A stretch of DNA of 63,612 nt, the filler included, from Octopus bimaculoides (lineage: Eukaryota): NCBI RefSeq assembly GCF_001194135.2. It is 7 parts of 6 records of this genome, joined end to end, with 100 filler letters (N's around TTAATTAATTAA, not from the genome) between each part and the next. Parts side by side here need not be neighbours in the genome. Positions count along the whole stretch, not along the records: positions 7,437 to 20,499 come from NC_069004.1; positions 20,600 to 33,570 come from NC_068981.1; 5 more parts are not named here. One strand, given 5' to 3'. The translations under genes were made by a program, and so were the position numbers. Below, in pieces: positions 13,308 through 25,139 of the stretch (the first letter of the stretch is position 1; each line of letters starts with the position of its first letter). The notes beneath the pieces were generated by a model, which worked only from the letters and a program-made list of their open reading frames with translations, was not told where the DNA came from and made no database searches.

Positions 13308-13400
13308 TTTAAAATTTTATCTGAAGAAGGTGGTTTATATGTTATGTAATCTATGAATATACCATTAGAATTCTATCGAAACAGTTGTCGTAAATTTAAA
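13308..13400 (+). ncRNA. Type I hammerhead ribozyme motif (Penelope-associated type)
   Basis: Stem I TTTAT/GTAAA extendable to about 11 bp with a bulge; core CTGAAGA at 13321; stem II GGTGG/CTATC with a long loop; GAAA at 13378; stem III AC-AGTT-GT; GUC cleavage triplet ending at 13389. Confidence 0.7.
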
Positions 13401-13956
13401 GCCCTACCTGTATTCACATTTTATACCGAAGCCACACCTGGAACCACCCCCAGAGTTGGATTTATGGTTTAAACTGGATTTGATACTTACATATCTACAA
13501 TATCCTACCAACACTTGATGCCTTCATTGTAGTTTACTTCATTGTGAACTCTATATTATTGTGCTTAGCCATCTCTGTCGTCCTGTGTGTTCATGTGCAT
13601 AGATTCTGTTGAATCCTTATANNNNNNNNNNNNNNNNNNNNNNNNNNNNNNNNNNNNNNNNNNNNNNNNNNNNNNNNNNNNNNNNNNNNNNNNNNNNNNN
13701 NNNNNNNNNNNNNNNNNNNNNNNNNNNNNNNNNNNNNNNNNNNNNNNNNNNNNNNNNNNNNNNNNNNNNNNNNNNNNNNNNNNNNNNNNNNNNNNNNNNN
13801 NNNNNNNNNNNNNNNNNNNNNNNNNNNNNNNNNNNNNNNNNNNNNNNNNNNNNNNNNACACACACACATCTTTTAATCTTTTATTTCTTTCAGTCATTAG
13901 ATTGCAACTATGCTGGGGCACCTTCTCTTGGGGTTTAGTCGAACAGATCGGTCCCA

Positions 13957-14190
13957 GGCGGCGGGCTGGCAGAAACGTTAGCACGCCGGCCGAAATGCTT
14001 AGCGGTATTTCGTCTGCCGCTACGTTCTGAGTTCAAATTCCGACGAGGTCAACTTTGCCTTTCATCCTTTCTGGGTGGATTAATAAGTACCAGTTATGCA
14101 CTGGGGTCGATATAATCGACTTAATCCGTTTGTCTGTCTTTGTTTGTCCCTTCTGTGTGTAGCCCTTTGTGGGCAGTAAAGAAATAAGAT
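13957..14190 (+). mobile_element. tRNA-derived SINE, family B
   Basis: GGCGGCGGGCTGGCAGAAACGTTAGC head and B box GAGTTCAAATTCC; reverse copy at 39600-39840. Confidence 0.85.
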
Positions 14191-14834
14191 CGGTCCCAGT
14201 ATTTATTTTTAAAGCTTGAGACTTATTCAGATGGTCTCTTTTGTAGTACCACTAAGTTACGGGAACGTAAACAAACCAACACGTGTTGTGAAGCGGTATT
14301 AAGGGATAAACATAAACATTAAGACACACACACACACACACACATAGTACATACATACATACGCACATACATTTATAGCGGATGTGACGTTGAGGGATCT
14401 GTGTAGTTGTCAGGTGTAGCAGATGATGTGAGATGTGTTGGATTAGCATCGTTGAGAAACAATGGAGAAGAAAGGAATGTTATTTATATCATTTATTTTT
14501 TCCATAGTATTATTCACCAAGACGCGCGCGCACCCACACACTCGCACCCACACACTCGCACCCACTGCTTACTTTTTTTTTTTTTCTTTTTCTCTCAGTC
14601 TTTCTTCTCTTTTCTCTATCACATGACTTTGTAAATTAACAATCTGGTGTGTTTATTTTAATGGCCTACCAATGTATATAGTGCGCTTCTCTGCCCGAGG
14701 TGTCAAGAGGACACTCGACAAGAAATGGAAACAATTGAAAGAAGATGATAATGAAAATAATAATAACAATAATAATAATGTTTCTTTTTTATTAGTCAGT
14801 AAAGAATTACAAGATCGTCATAAAAACATGAACA

Positions 14835-14998
14835 GAGTGGCTGTGTGGTAAGTAGCTAGCTTACCAACCACATGGTCCCAGGTTCAGTCCCACTGCGTGG
14901 CACCTTGGGCAAGTGTCTTCTACTATAGCCTCGGGCCGACCAAAGCCTTGTGAGTGGATTTGGTAGACGGAAACTGAAAGAAGGCCGTCGTATATATG

Positions 14999-15033
<35 letters not shown>

Positions 15034-15250
15034 ATGTTTGTATGTGTGTTTGTCCCCCCAACATCGCTTGACAACCGATGCTGGTGTGTTTATGTCCCCG
15101 TAACTTAGCGGTTCGGCAAAAGAGATCGATAGAATAAGTACTAGGCTTCTAAAGAATAAGTCCTGGGGTCGATTTGCTCGACTAAAAAGGTGGTGCTCTA
15201 GCATGGCCACAGGTCAAAAGACTGAAACAAGTAAAAAAGAGTAAAAGAGT
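14835..15250 (+). mobile_element. tRNA-derived SINE, family A, near full length with an internal (TA)n(TG)n tract
   Basis: GGCTGTGTGGTAAG head with B-box-like GGTTCAGTCCC; multiple near-identical copies in this window. Confidence 0.9.
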
Positions 15251-15594
15251 ACAAGAGAAAAACAATCAAGCGGTTAAGGTGTTACTCTCATGATCATGAA
15301 ATCATAGTTTCGATTCCCAGATCAGGCAATGTATTGTGTTAGTGAGCTAAACGTTTCGTTTCATTTTGCTCCGGTTCACGTGGGCTGTAAACCCTTGCAT
15401 ATCAGTGTAGGGTTAGTGATTAGTCATGCATTCAAATAGAAATACTCTTCAGTATTCACGACTTTATAAATTCTCTCTCCTTACATGAATGTCCTCGAAT
15501 TTCAGACAAAGTATTGAGATTTATATAATCAAAGGTAAAGAAGAATCAAAAGGAAAATGGCTGATCAGAATTTAAACACAACACTAACATTTTA

Positions 15595-15968
15595 TTAAAG
15601 ATTATTTACATGTAAGCTGGTGATATACAAGTAGCTTGAGGGCATATTGGGCCTGACAAATCTCGCTTTGTTTATTTTCAAAAAGATTTCATTGTTAGAT
15701 ACAAGTTTGTATCGAAATGATAATTGTATGATGGCATGTTCTGGTGTATTTAAAAAGCTGGCTCTTTTCTTCATAAACACATAATGTTTTCCATTATATT
15801 TTCTTTCCAACACCAAGGTAGTAACTGCTGCAGTAGAATTTTTCGGAATGTACAGTTGCACTGCACAATTTATTTGGTAAACCCCATCTTGAGGTATAGA
15901 AATGTAAGTTCCATTAACCAATTTAAAGTTGCCTTCATCTTTCACCCACTTTAAATAAGAAGCTTCCT
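15595..15968 (-). CDS. TNF-superfamily ligand, terminal exon encoding most of the TNF homology domain (YLKWVKDEGNFKLVNGTYISIPQDGVYQINCAVQL...QLSFRYKLVSNNEIFLKIN...SSYLYITSL)
   Basis: L.W, NG..I.IP.DGVY.I and the L...D/N.I.L.I C-terminal strand pattern match the THD by eye. Acceptor ttttcctttttcAG at 15970-15969, phase 1; TAA stop. Confidence 0.8.
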
Positions 15969-15996
15969 CTGAAAAAGGAAAATGAATAACAATCAT

Positions 15997-17690
15997 GTTT
16001 TCTTTATTAACCACGAAAAGTCCACAAAAAAAACAAAACATTTGGAATGATACAAGACAGTGTGGGGTTACATAAAATGAATCATGTAAACAGTGAAAAC
16101 GATAAATAAACTTTAACAATGAAAAATTCCCCAAAAGAGAGAAATTTTCTAGGGTTTCTTGTGAAGACCCCACAAAACCAGTTGCCTTGACCACTAGGAC
16201 AAGTGTCTTTTCCACATCATTTTCCTTCACCACTTTTATCCATCTCTCAATAAGATCGCTGAAAGGCAACACTTCCCTCTCCATCCTTATTTTCCTCTTC
16301 AAGTGAAACTTGAAGTTGATGAGGTTGGCTAAGAGAATGTGTGTCTTCAGCTCCTTTAACCCCATCCACCATACATCTTCTTCCACCATGGTCACCATGC
16401 ATATGAAAACTTCCTGTTCTTCCTGGTTAAAAGAAGGTGGTAGGGCAATCTTCATAATGGATTCAGTTGATAGCCAGGTCTATCACATAAGTGACAGCAG
16501 GTGTTCAACATAAACCCACAGGTCAGCAATGCTTGGGCACCGGATGGGTATGCATGTAGGATAACTTTGATGCCCTGCACACATCTCAGACATGTTTGGT
16601 TGATGGATTTCCATGCCTATAGACTTTATTTCAAACAGGCAATGCTCCCCAGTATCACAGCCAGGCCAGGTATTTGTGGAAGTTATCAATTGACCGTAGG
16701 CTAAAAGTTCTCTCGAAGTGAGTGTCTAGTTGGTTTTGGGCCTAGTGTCTCCCCAAGAACATCACTGTGTTTTCCCACCACTAATTCTCTATAGAATGTT
16801 AAAGTGAACTTTCCATCTATCACAATGCCTGACCAGTTGAGGATTGTGAATTCCTGAAGACATTCCACTTTCCGAATGCTTTCTCTTGGTCTTTGCCTGA
16901 CCCAGGACTGCAGATGGCGAAAGATGCATCTGGTGAACAGCAACCACACCTGTTTTCCAAGGAAGTGTTGGAGTTGTTATAACCTCAGCACATGTTAGCA
17001 AATCATCAGCTATAGCATGCCCAATCTACTATGCTGTGGGTATTGTCAAAAGATGGACCACATGACCATTGGAACATGCCCGTTCCACAAGAAGTGAAAA
17101 AGTATATGCTCCAATGAACTCAGACGAGGTCCTGAGACAAAGCATAAGTCAGGTGGTAGTAGATGATGGTCATGATGTACATGTTCACCACCTCTGTCCA
17201 GCCTTTCAGGGATAGCTTCCTCTCAGCCCTTTTCTGGGTGAGAGTAGTCACCTTACTCATTCCCTCAACCCAGGTTTTGTCCATCTGGAGGTCCAGACTG
17301 AACTAGACCCTGAGCAATTTAACCAGTGTATCCATCCAGTGCCCAACATCACAGGTGAATGGCTTGGACTTGCTTCTCCAGGTACTGAGCCACAAGCCCA
17401 CTGACTTCTCCTGGTTAATTTTTGCTCCTGATACAACTTCATGGTCCCTGAGAGCAGTGCTGCTTATCTCAATGCATTTTCCTTTTGTCTGCATATGCCG
17501 ACATGGATCTGTCACATTCTAGTTCATGCAGGATGCCTCTCAACATCATCAGCTTCTGAAGAGTCAGTATGTACAAGAGAGGACAGCCTTAGCAGACCAA
17601 ATGCATGATGTTGAATGGTTCCAAAAGATGACCAGTCACACTGAACTAATGTACCAATGACAGCAAAGGGATTTTATATCTCTAAGCTAG
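15997..17690 (-). mobile_element. Decayed Tx1/L1-like LINE 3' portion in the last TNF intron
   Basis: Interrupted frames give DNFHKYLAW..YWGALPV..KVYRHG, the zf-RVT-like RCPSIADLWVYVEHLLS, and LINFKFHLKRKIRMEREVL...ERWIKV. The 3' end has AATAAA and an A-rich tail. Confidence 0.7.
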
Positions 17691-18155
17691 AAATTGATCT
17701 ATAGTTAACTCTTTTTTAAAAAAAATCTTCTTTGTTCATTTTTCTCGCTTTCAACCAGTGCTAATGGAGTACATAATGTAGTTTTCAGAGCTATTTGGTG
17801 TCTATTTCTAGCCGGTGCTATTCATTAGTGCCCTTATTATAATTATATTTATATGATTATATACTTGTATTAATTGTTACCAATATGGGTTTTATTACAT
17901 GCTGTCTACTTGATAAAATCTTATAATGATTTCATCCTTAATTATAGATCAGTCATTTTAATGAATTTTAATTATCTTTTTCTGATGATATCTGAAAACA
18001 AACAGCAATTTTAGCAAAACATATTAAGCAACACTGATAATAAATAAAAAAAAAAAAAAACATCAAAACAAACAAGCTTTTGATGGTTTTATAGATATTT
18101 CAAAATTATGATGCTAGGTGTTTCCATTGTTTTGTCCAACCCCTGTATGTGTGTG

Positions 18156-18200
<45 letters not shown>

Positions 18201-18695
18201 GTATGACTGGTAGATTATTTTATTTGTGAAAATACAAAGCTCAGCTTGATTGTCTGAGTTACTTTTTGGTTGTTTTATCCCAGTGGTAATCTTTCATGGT
18301 CTTTTGCACTTTTATTTAGCNNNNNNNNNNNNNNNNNNNNNNNNNNNNNNNNNNNNNNNNNNNNNNNNNNNNNNNNNNNNNNNNNNNNNNNNNNNNNNNN
18401 NNNNNNNNNNNNNNNNNNNNNNNNNNNNNNNNNNNNNNNNNNNNNNNNNNNNNNNNNNNNNNNNNNNNNNNNNNNNNNNNNNNNNNNNNNNNNNNNNNNN
18501 NNNNNNNNNNNNNNNNNNNNNNNNNNNNNNNNNNNNNNNNNNNNNNNNNNNNNNNNNNNNNNNNNNNNNNNNNNNNNNNNNNNNNNNNNNNNNNNNNNNN
18601 NNNNNNNNNNNNNNNNNNNNNNNNNNNNNNNNNNNNNNNNNNNNNNNNNNNNNNNNNNNNNNNNNNNNNNNNNNNNNNNNNNNNNNNNNNNNNNN

Positions 18696-18742
<47 letters not shown>

Positions 18743-18747
18743 TACAA

Positions 18748-18905
18748 TGGGCTTCTTTCAGTTTCCGTCTACCAAATCCACTCACAAGGTTTTGGTCGGC
18801 CCGAGGCTATAGTAGACACATGCCCAAGGTGCCACGCAGTGGGGCTGAACCCGGAATCATGTGATTCATGAGCAAGCTACTTACCACACAGCCATTCCTA
18901 CGCCT
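18748..18905 (-). mobile_element. SINE family A 5' half
   Basis: Reverse complement of the family A head. Confidence 0.85.
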
Positions 18906-19027
18906 ATGATGAAAGAATATGATTATAGTATTTTAATTAATGCTATAATCATTAGTTTAAATCTATAACTGTAATTATTTAAGGGGATAATTTAAATTAT
19001 GAGAAAAATCTGTATAAATTAGTTTAC

Positions 19028-19075
19028 CCGATGCTGTGTAATGACTTGTTTTCAGGTGGAACAAGGCATAGTGAG
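19028..19075 (-). CDS. TNF-like ligand, 48-nt exon (S)HYALFHLKTSHYTAS(E), probable THD strand A
   Basis: Acceptor atctttcAG, donor GTaaac; phase 1-1. Joins stop-free to the exon at 15968; the His-hydrophobic strand resembles the AAHL strand A. Confidence 0.7.
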
Positions 19076-19717
19076 CTGAAAGATATTAAGAGAGAAAACA
19101 AACAGTGAGAAACATATATTTGAATACAGGTTCAATATCTGATAGAAAACTAAGACAGAAGAATGCATTTCATATATTGAACACGTCAGATTATCATCTC
19201 GCAAATAACTATACGACATATTAACTGTTTCACAATCATTATTATCAGAATGAAAATGATTTACATGGAGAACAATTATTCACCATTAATGAAAGGGAGC
19301 CAAGACTATATAAGCAGCTATATATTACAACCATCACATTGTAGTTCCATGAGCTTTAACATGTTCAGTTGTACAGTAGTAATGCCTTGCTGGGACTGAT
19401 AGTACAATTCTAGTAAATGTGTACAGGAGGTTTCATCCTATCAAAGTATCATCTAAAGCCATGATCCAGTTAATCATTCTAGACATTTCATTCATATATT
19501 TAATGATGTGGGTATTTTTATCATTTATTTCTTGAGTATGTCTGTTATTTTCAAAATTGAAAAAAATTGCTGCCTATTTTAAGAAACTAATTGCTGCCTA
19601 TTTTAAGAAACTAATGTATTGAGGACATGTTTAGTGATTTGATTAACTTTACAATAGGTTACAGTGTTAGATAATTTCATTGAGAACATAGAAAGTGAAG
19701 TGATGAAAATAACTTAC

Positions 19718-19745
19718 ATTCTGGACGAAATGAGAGATTTTTCCG
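19718..19745 (-). CDS. TNF-like ligand, 28-nt micro-exon RKNLSFRPE(S), stalk
   Basis: Strong acceptor ttctttctactttAG and donor GTaagt. Read as phase 0 to 1 it joins the 48-nt exon without a stop. Confidence 0.6.
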
Positions 19746-20159
19746 CTAAAGTAGAAAGAAAATGAGATGAGAAAATGAAAATTAAGATCTGATGGTGACA
19801 GGTGTTGTTTGCATAACTTTCATCATATAATAGTCCCCTTTAATGTTTGTCACAATCTTGTTACACTTTTGGCACACACCTGTTACACCTGATACAGTGT
19901 TGTATTAATCCTGAAATATTCAATTTTCTGTTTGCAAAATTTCTAATAAGAAACGTCTTACATGTTTCTTCTACATTTACAATTTTGTAACCCCTATTAA
20001 CAAATGAAACATGTGTAATGGTGAATAGATAATACCAACATTTTTTTCAGTTTCCTGTTCTGATATATAATTACTCTGCAAAAAGTATTTCCTAGAATTT
20101 TCAACTCTTATGCAAATCTTACAAGAGAACACAACTTGAATTTTAACCCTTTCTACATA

Positions 20160-20189
20160 ATCTTTATATATAAAATTGAGAGTGTGTGT

Positions 20190-20222
<33 letters not shown>

Positions 20223-20330
20223 CGTATATCACCAAAACTTTAGAACTACCCAACCGATTTCATTCAAAAAGTGTTTGACCCGATGACAGAAAATTTTAAA
20301 ATTTAGTCTAATAGGTGTAAAACTACCTGC
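20160..20330 (+). mobile_element. Possible Helitron-type non-autonomous 5' end
   Basis: TCTTTATATATAAAA start, (TG)n, then AACCGATTTCATTCAAA, a pattern I recall from animal Helitron/Helentron derivatives. Confidence 0.4.
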
Positions 20331-21367
20331 TGGGAACGAATATGAAGAAGAAAAATGCGCGCTCGCGAACGAGGGCGGGAGGGCTCGGGACATTCACATC
20401 GTGAATGTTCCGAGACACCTCATCGGAGTCAAGAAACAATAAGGAGAATACAAGAGGCGCTCGAAAAATTGTAACATAAAAAATTATTATTGCAATTTAN
20501 NNNNNNNNNNNNNNNNNNNNNNNNNNNNNNNNNNNNNNNNNNNTTAATTAATTAANNNNNNNNNNNNNNNNNNNNNNNNNNNNNNNNNNNNNNNNNNNNA
20601 CACATCCATATAGATATCCACATCCACATACGCACATGCACGTACACACATCCACGCATGCACTCACAAGCAAATAGATATGCATGTGCATCCATACAGG
20701 AGGAGTATCTCTAGTAATAGAAGACCAACAGCAACAACATGTAGGTGCATCTACATGTGCACACACATACACATATACCTATACGCATAGCCACTTCTAT
20801 TAGTTTTGATAAAGGGGCCGTGCCTGCAGTGCTACCCATTTTCTAGTGCATGTCTTCCTGCTAGTGTATGTCTTCCTGCCTATATGTTAATATCAAGCTA
20901 GGTTTACCTCCTAATTTCTGTAGCTATATATATATATACACACCCACACACACATATATACACACACATATACACAGACACACACACATACACACACACA
21001 TATATATATATAACACGCACAAACATTCACATTCCTCCCTTCTACACACACACAAATATTCACACAGAGTTGAAGCGCTGTTTGATTTTTGTTTTACCGT
21101 TGACTTTTCACCATCCCACTTCCATCGGTGGATCACCCCTTCCTTCCTCATTCATATGTTGTCTCGGAGAAATACATAAGAATATTATTATATTAGATTA
21201 TTATACTAGAAGATACACGGCGTTCTCTTTGCTACTTCTTCTCTCTCATTGTTATTACTTTCTCTCACTGCCTCTGAGGCATGGCTATCATTCTCACAAC
21301 TCTTTCACTGAATTACTATTTTCTCTCTTCTCCCTTCACCGTTCATTCCTACTACGTGATTTTGGAC

Positions 21368-21426
<59 letters not shown>

Positions 21427-21432
21427 TATAAT

Positions 21433-22550
21433 TAATCATGGTATGATATGCTACAAACTGCGCGATCTTGGCATAGCTGGAAAACTTGGAGAATGATTAC
21501 ATGACTTTCTGAAAGTTAGGCAGTGGTGGTCATTGGAGCCACCTCAAAGAAAACACAAATAGTGAGTGGTGTTCCACAGGGCACTGTCTTGGGATCACTG
21601 CTTTTCATATTGGCCCTCTCAGACATGCCCTCAGCTGCCCGGATAGCTACCCTTGCTAGCTACGCTCACGATACGAATGTCTCACAGAAAATACAAAACC
21701 ATAGCAATTTTGCACGCCTGCAGCAGAAGTTGGACGCAATTTACATATGAGCTGAGGACAATAATATGCAGTTTAATGCTAGAAAATTTCAATTCCTGGG
21801 CTACCACTACCCAAAACTGAACGAAAACCTTACAAGGTACACTGGTCCAGGGGGGCGGGGATTACAATCCCAGAATCTAAATCAGTGCGTGACCTGGATA
21901 TCAACACGAGTGATGATACCTCAGTCCAAGTGCACATTACCAGGATGACGACAAAGTGCAGACGGCTGGCTGCCTGCATCCTGAGAACCTCCAGAACCAG
22001 AGAGAAGGAAACCATAACGGTCCTCTGGAGGACATTCATCTTCACTCGCCTGGACTACTCCCAGCTATCGTCACCCCATAGTGTAAAATTAACAGTGGAC
22101 CTTGAAGCAATCCAGTGAAGCTTCACAAAAAAGAAGATCGTCTCATTGCAACAGCTCAGCTACTGGAAAATATTGAAACAGCTAAGACTACTCCCTGGAG
22201 CGAAGGCGGGAGAAATATGCAGTAATATACCTCTGGAAGATGCTGGAAGTGATTGTGCCAAATTTTGGCATTGAAAGCTACACAAATACCAGAACGGGTT
22301 GCCATTGCATAGTGCCAAATATCCCAACAATGCCATCGCGCTTTAGGACTAGTTCCTGCAGAAGCCTGGGTTTCAGGGGCCCACAGCTTTTTAATATTGT
22401 CCTAAAGAGCCTGAGTGACTTACACAAGGTGGATGTAGGTGTTTTCAAAACAAAACTGGAATCTTCGTGTTGAGAGTCCCAGATGAACCCACTTCGCAGC
22501 AGGTGGCGCAAATGAGGGCAGAGACACAAAACTCCCTTATTGACCAAATA
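21433..22550 (+). mobile_element. 5'-truncated CR1/L2/Jockey-group LINE, reverse transcriptase 3' half, decayed
   Basis: HGMICYKLRDLGIAGKLG, SGVPQGTVLGSLLF, ASYAHDT (YADD motif), MQFNARKF, MRDL, RLDY.SQL..P; in-frame stops and frameshifts. Confidence 0.88.
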
Positions 22551-22768
22551 TATATGTAATATATGCATAATATATATTCTATCGGGTTGTTTTGCCAAAC
22601 TGCTAGGTTAAGGGGACGTAAACACACCAACATCGGTGGGGACACACACACAGACACAAAGTCTCACACAAATATATATATTACCCCCCACATCTACATA
22701 CATATATACATATGCTCACACAACACACACTCATATACATATGTGTGTGTGTATGTGTGTATACTTTA

Positions 22769-23017
22769 TTAAGAGTCGTAAAGATCTTCAAATATAAAAA
22801 GATATTTTTTCTCCCAATCTTTTATCACGTATGGTTGCAAATTCTTTTCTCTCTTCAGTTCATCTTTGGGGAAAGACACTTTCGGATCAGGTTTCCAATT
22901 AATGATATTAAACCTCTTTATTATAAATATTAATGGAATCCAAATAAGTATAAGGATAACGAATGACGAACCGATGAACAAACACCATCCGGGCCATTTT
23001 GTTTTAATTTTGGTGGC
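22769..23017 (-). CDS. SLC6 transporter terminal exon (TM12 and C-tail): ATKIKTKWPGWCLFIGSSFVILILIWIPLIFIIKRFNIINWKPDPKVSFPKDELKREKNLQPYVIKDWEKKYLFIFEDLYDS*
   Basis: P.W...G......L.WIP TM12 motif. Acceptor ttttgacAG, phase 0 matching the previous donor; TAA stop at 22771-22769. Confidence 0.9.
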   Translation of the reverse strand, partial: ATKIKTKWPGWCLFIGSSFVILILIWIPLIFIIKRFNIINWKPDPKVSFPKDELKREKNLQPYVIKDWEKKYLFIFEDLYDS

Positions 23018-24494
23018 CTGTCAAAATAAATAAAATTCAAATGACTATAGTAGCAACATAACACATACACAGACACACGCACACACACAGACACAGACAG
23101 ACGCACACACACACATACATTTAGGTATATTCGTCTAAAATATTTTAGTACTAATATTGTGGTAGATACCAGTTTAGTCATGAATATTCTAGTTGTTATC
23201 CTCCAGAATTATAAAACTCATAGAACGGGTTAATCGGTTTACATGGCGTTTAACCAAGATCTCAACACTTCCCTGAGCGGTATGCAAGTTTGTTGCAAGG
23301 TTACCATTTACAGCTAAGTGAACTAGAATAATATGAAATGAAATATTTTGTTCAAGAACAAAAATCACAGCCCGTTCTTTGACTAGAAACCACGATCTTG
23401 TGATCATAATTGCAACACTCTAACCACGAGGCCACGCACCTTTAGAGTGATCGCAAGTCTCTGATGATTAAAAAATTCCTTGTTTGACCAAAAGAGGTTC
23501 ATTTCCTTCTTGTCATTTATTATAATTACACTTACATGAAGGATGTCTTATAAAGATATGAAATCAAGTCCAATATGCAACAGGCAAGTTTGCTTCGGTG
23601 CATTCAGAAGCACATCCGCTTGATATGCAGAACAAAAGGACAAATCATATACGTATATAGATTTATTAGCACATCTACATTATTACAACGTAAGTCATAC
23701 TTCCGTTGGCTATTTTCATATGACGAACTACAAACCATAAGCCATAAGTATAATTGATAAATATGGTTAATCAGTCACATATTTAATTGAATTTATGGGA
23801 TGAAATAAATTTTGTCAAGGTCCACTTGAAAATATTGCACAAATACAGTTACTGCATAAAAAAATTAAACAATTTAAATTTCTTTTCTTATGTATGTATT
23901 TTGCACACGCGCGCGCGCGCGGGGGAATATCAAAGTTAAATTTTAAAGATATTTTCATAAGCCAGGATATAATTACCATTTTGCATGATATTTTCAAGTG
24001 GATCTTCACTAAATTTATAGGGTTAAACTTGTTTAGGGAGTTCTTGGCTCCTTATTTTACAGTGGTTTTGTTATATAGTTTACGTCATACATTGATATTG
24101 CGTGATTGTCCTTCATTGGGATTCTAATTCCCGGACGGTTTATACTTGTTTAGAGGTTTATAGTTTATGTAAGTTTGAGATAAAAATATGTTTCAAAAAT
24201 GTTAAGATATGCTATTTTCGTTCATTTTGTTTCAATTTAAAATGTGAGTAATAATGAAGAAGTGTTGATTCGGTAATAAATGTTTGAGGAAAATGACGAA
24301 ACAGCTACTAATGTATATAAATTCTATAAAAGAGTATATTCCTAGCTTTGATTGCTTCAAAATACAAATATTACACTTATAGTAAAAATACAGATACCAC
24401 AACCGAGGGATGGCTTGTTCAGGAGATAGGATACGTTGTTCTAACTGTTCCGAACTGAATGTGAACCCAACTACATCAAAACAAGGATCCTTCA

Positions 24495-24886
24495 TAGTAA
24501 AGATTGTTTGCCAACATAACATGGCAGTCCTGGTTTAAGACTAATGTTGCTGTAATTTAGCCCCAGGAGACATCGTCTCCAGCTGGCTACACAACACGAT
24601 CTGTGTCCTTATGTTTTTGAACAAGGGAATCTAGCACCCCCACTCAGTTCAAAACAATATCTGTGTATCGCGATTTCTGGGTTATTTCCCTTCATCAGCA
24701 CAGAAATCGCGATACACAGATATTGTTTTGAGCTGAGTGGGGGGTGTTAGATTTCCTTGTTCGAAAATATAAGGACACAGATCGTGTCTTATAACCAGCT
24801 GGAGACGATGTCTCCTGGGGCTAAATTACAGCAACATTAGTCCTAAACCAGGACTGCCATGTTATGCTGGCAAACAATCTTTACTA
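24495..24886. repeat. ~390-bp palindrome (arms 24495-24679 and 24701-24886) centred on the hammerhead; probable Penelope-like inverted pseudo-LTR
   Basis: Arms align end to end with about a dozen mostly transition mismatches and one indel (counted by eye); 21-nt spacer. Confidence 0.9.
24660..24704 (-). ncRNA. Minimal type I hammerhead ribozyme motif with palindromic stem III
   Basis: Minus strand reads TCTGTG CTGATGA A GGG-AAATAA-CCC A GAA ATCGCGAT A CACAGA: perfect 6-bp stem I, intact core, self-complementary stem III, AUA triplet. There is an A.A apposition at the base of stem II. Confidence 0.72.
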
Positions 24887-25139
24887 CAAAGTACTGTTGC
24901 TGAATATCTCAGGTTGTGAGATTTAAAAATAGTAATTTTCTAAGGATCCTTCAATTGCTAGAAATGCATGTATTATACAAATCAAGAGAAAACGCTCATC
25001 TAAAATATATGATACACTCGTTGAGACTTAAAAGAAGCTTCAAAACCAGTATGTAACAGAATAATAAAATAACAATCCTTATGTATTTAGTTACTTTTGT
25101 CAAAAAATAATGAAGTAGGTTTTTGAGTCGAAATCTTAC

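Noticed and set aside
13957-14050. tRNA-like A/B boxes here and at other SINE heads
   Set aside because: No complete cloverleaf, and each continues into a repeated SINE body, so these are not tRNA genes.
15595-16455. 286-aa ORF that looks like a novel retroelement-TNF fusion protein
   Set aside because: The upstream part is decayed Tx1 ORF2 and 3' UTR that happens to be in frame. A strong acceptor at 15969 and phase-matched upstream exons explain the TNF part.
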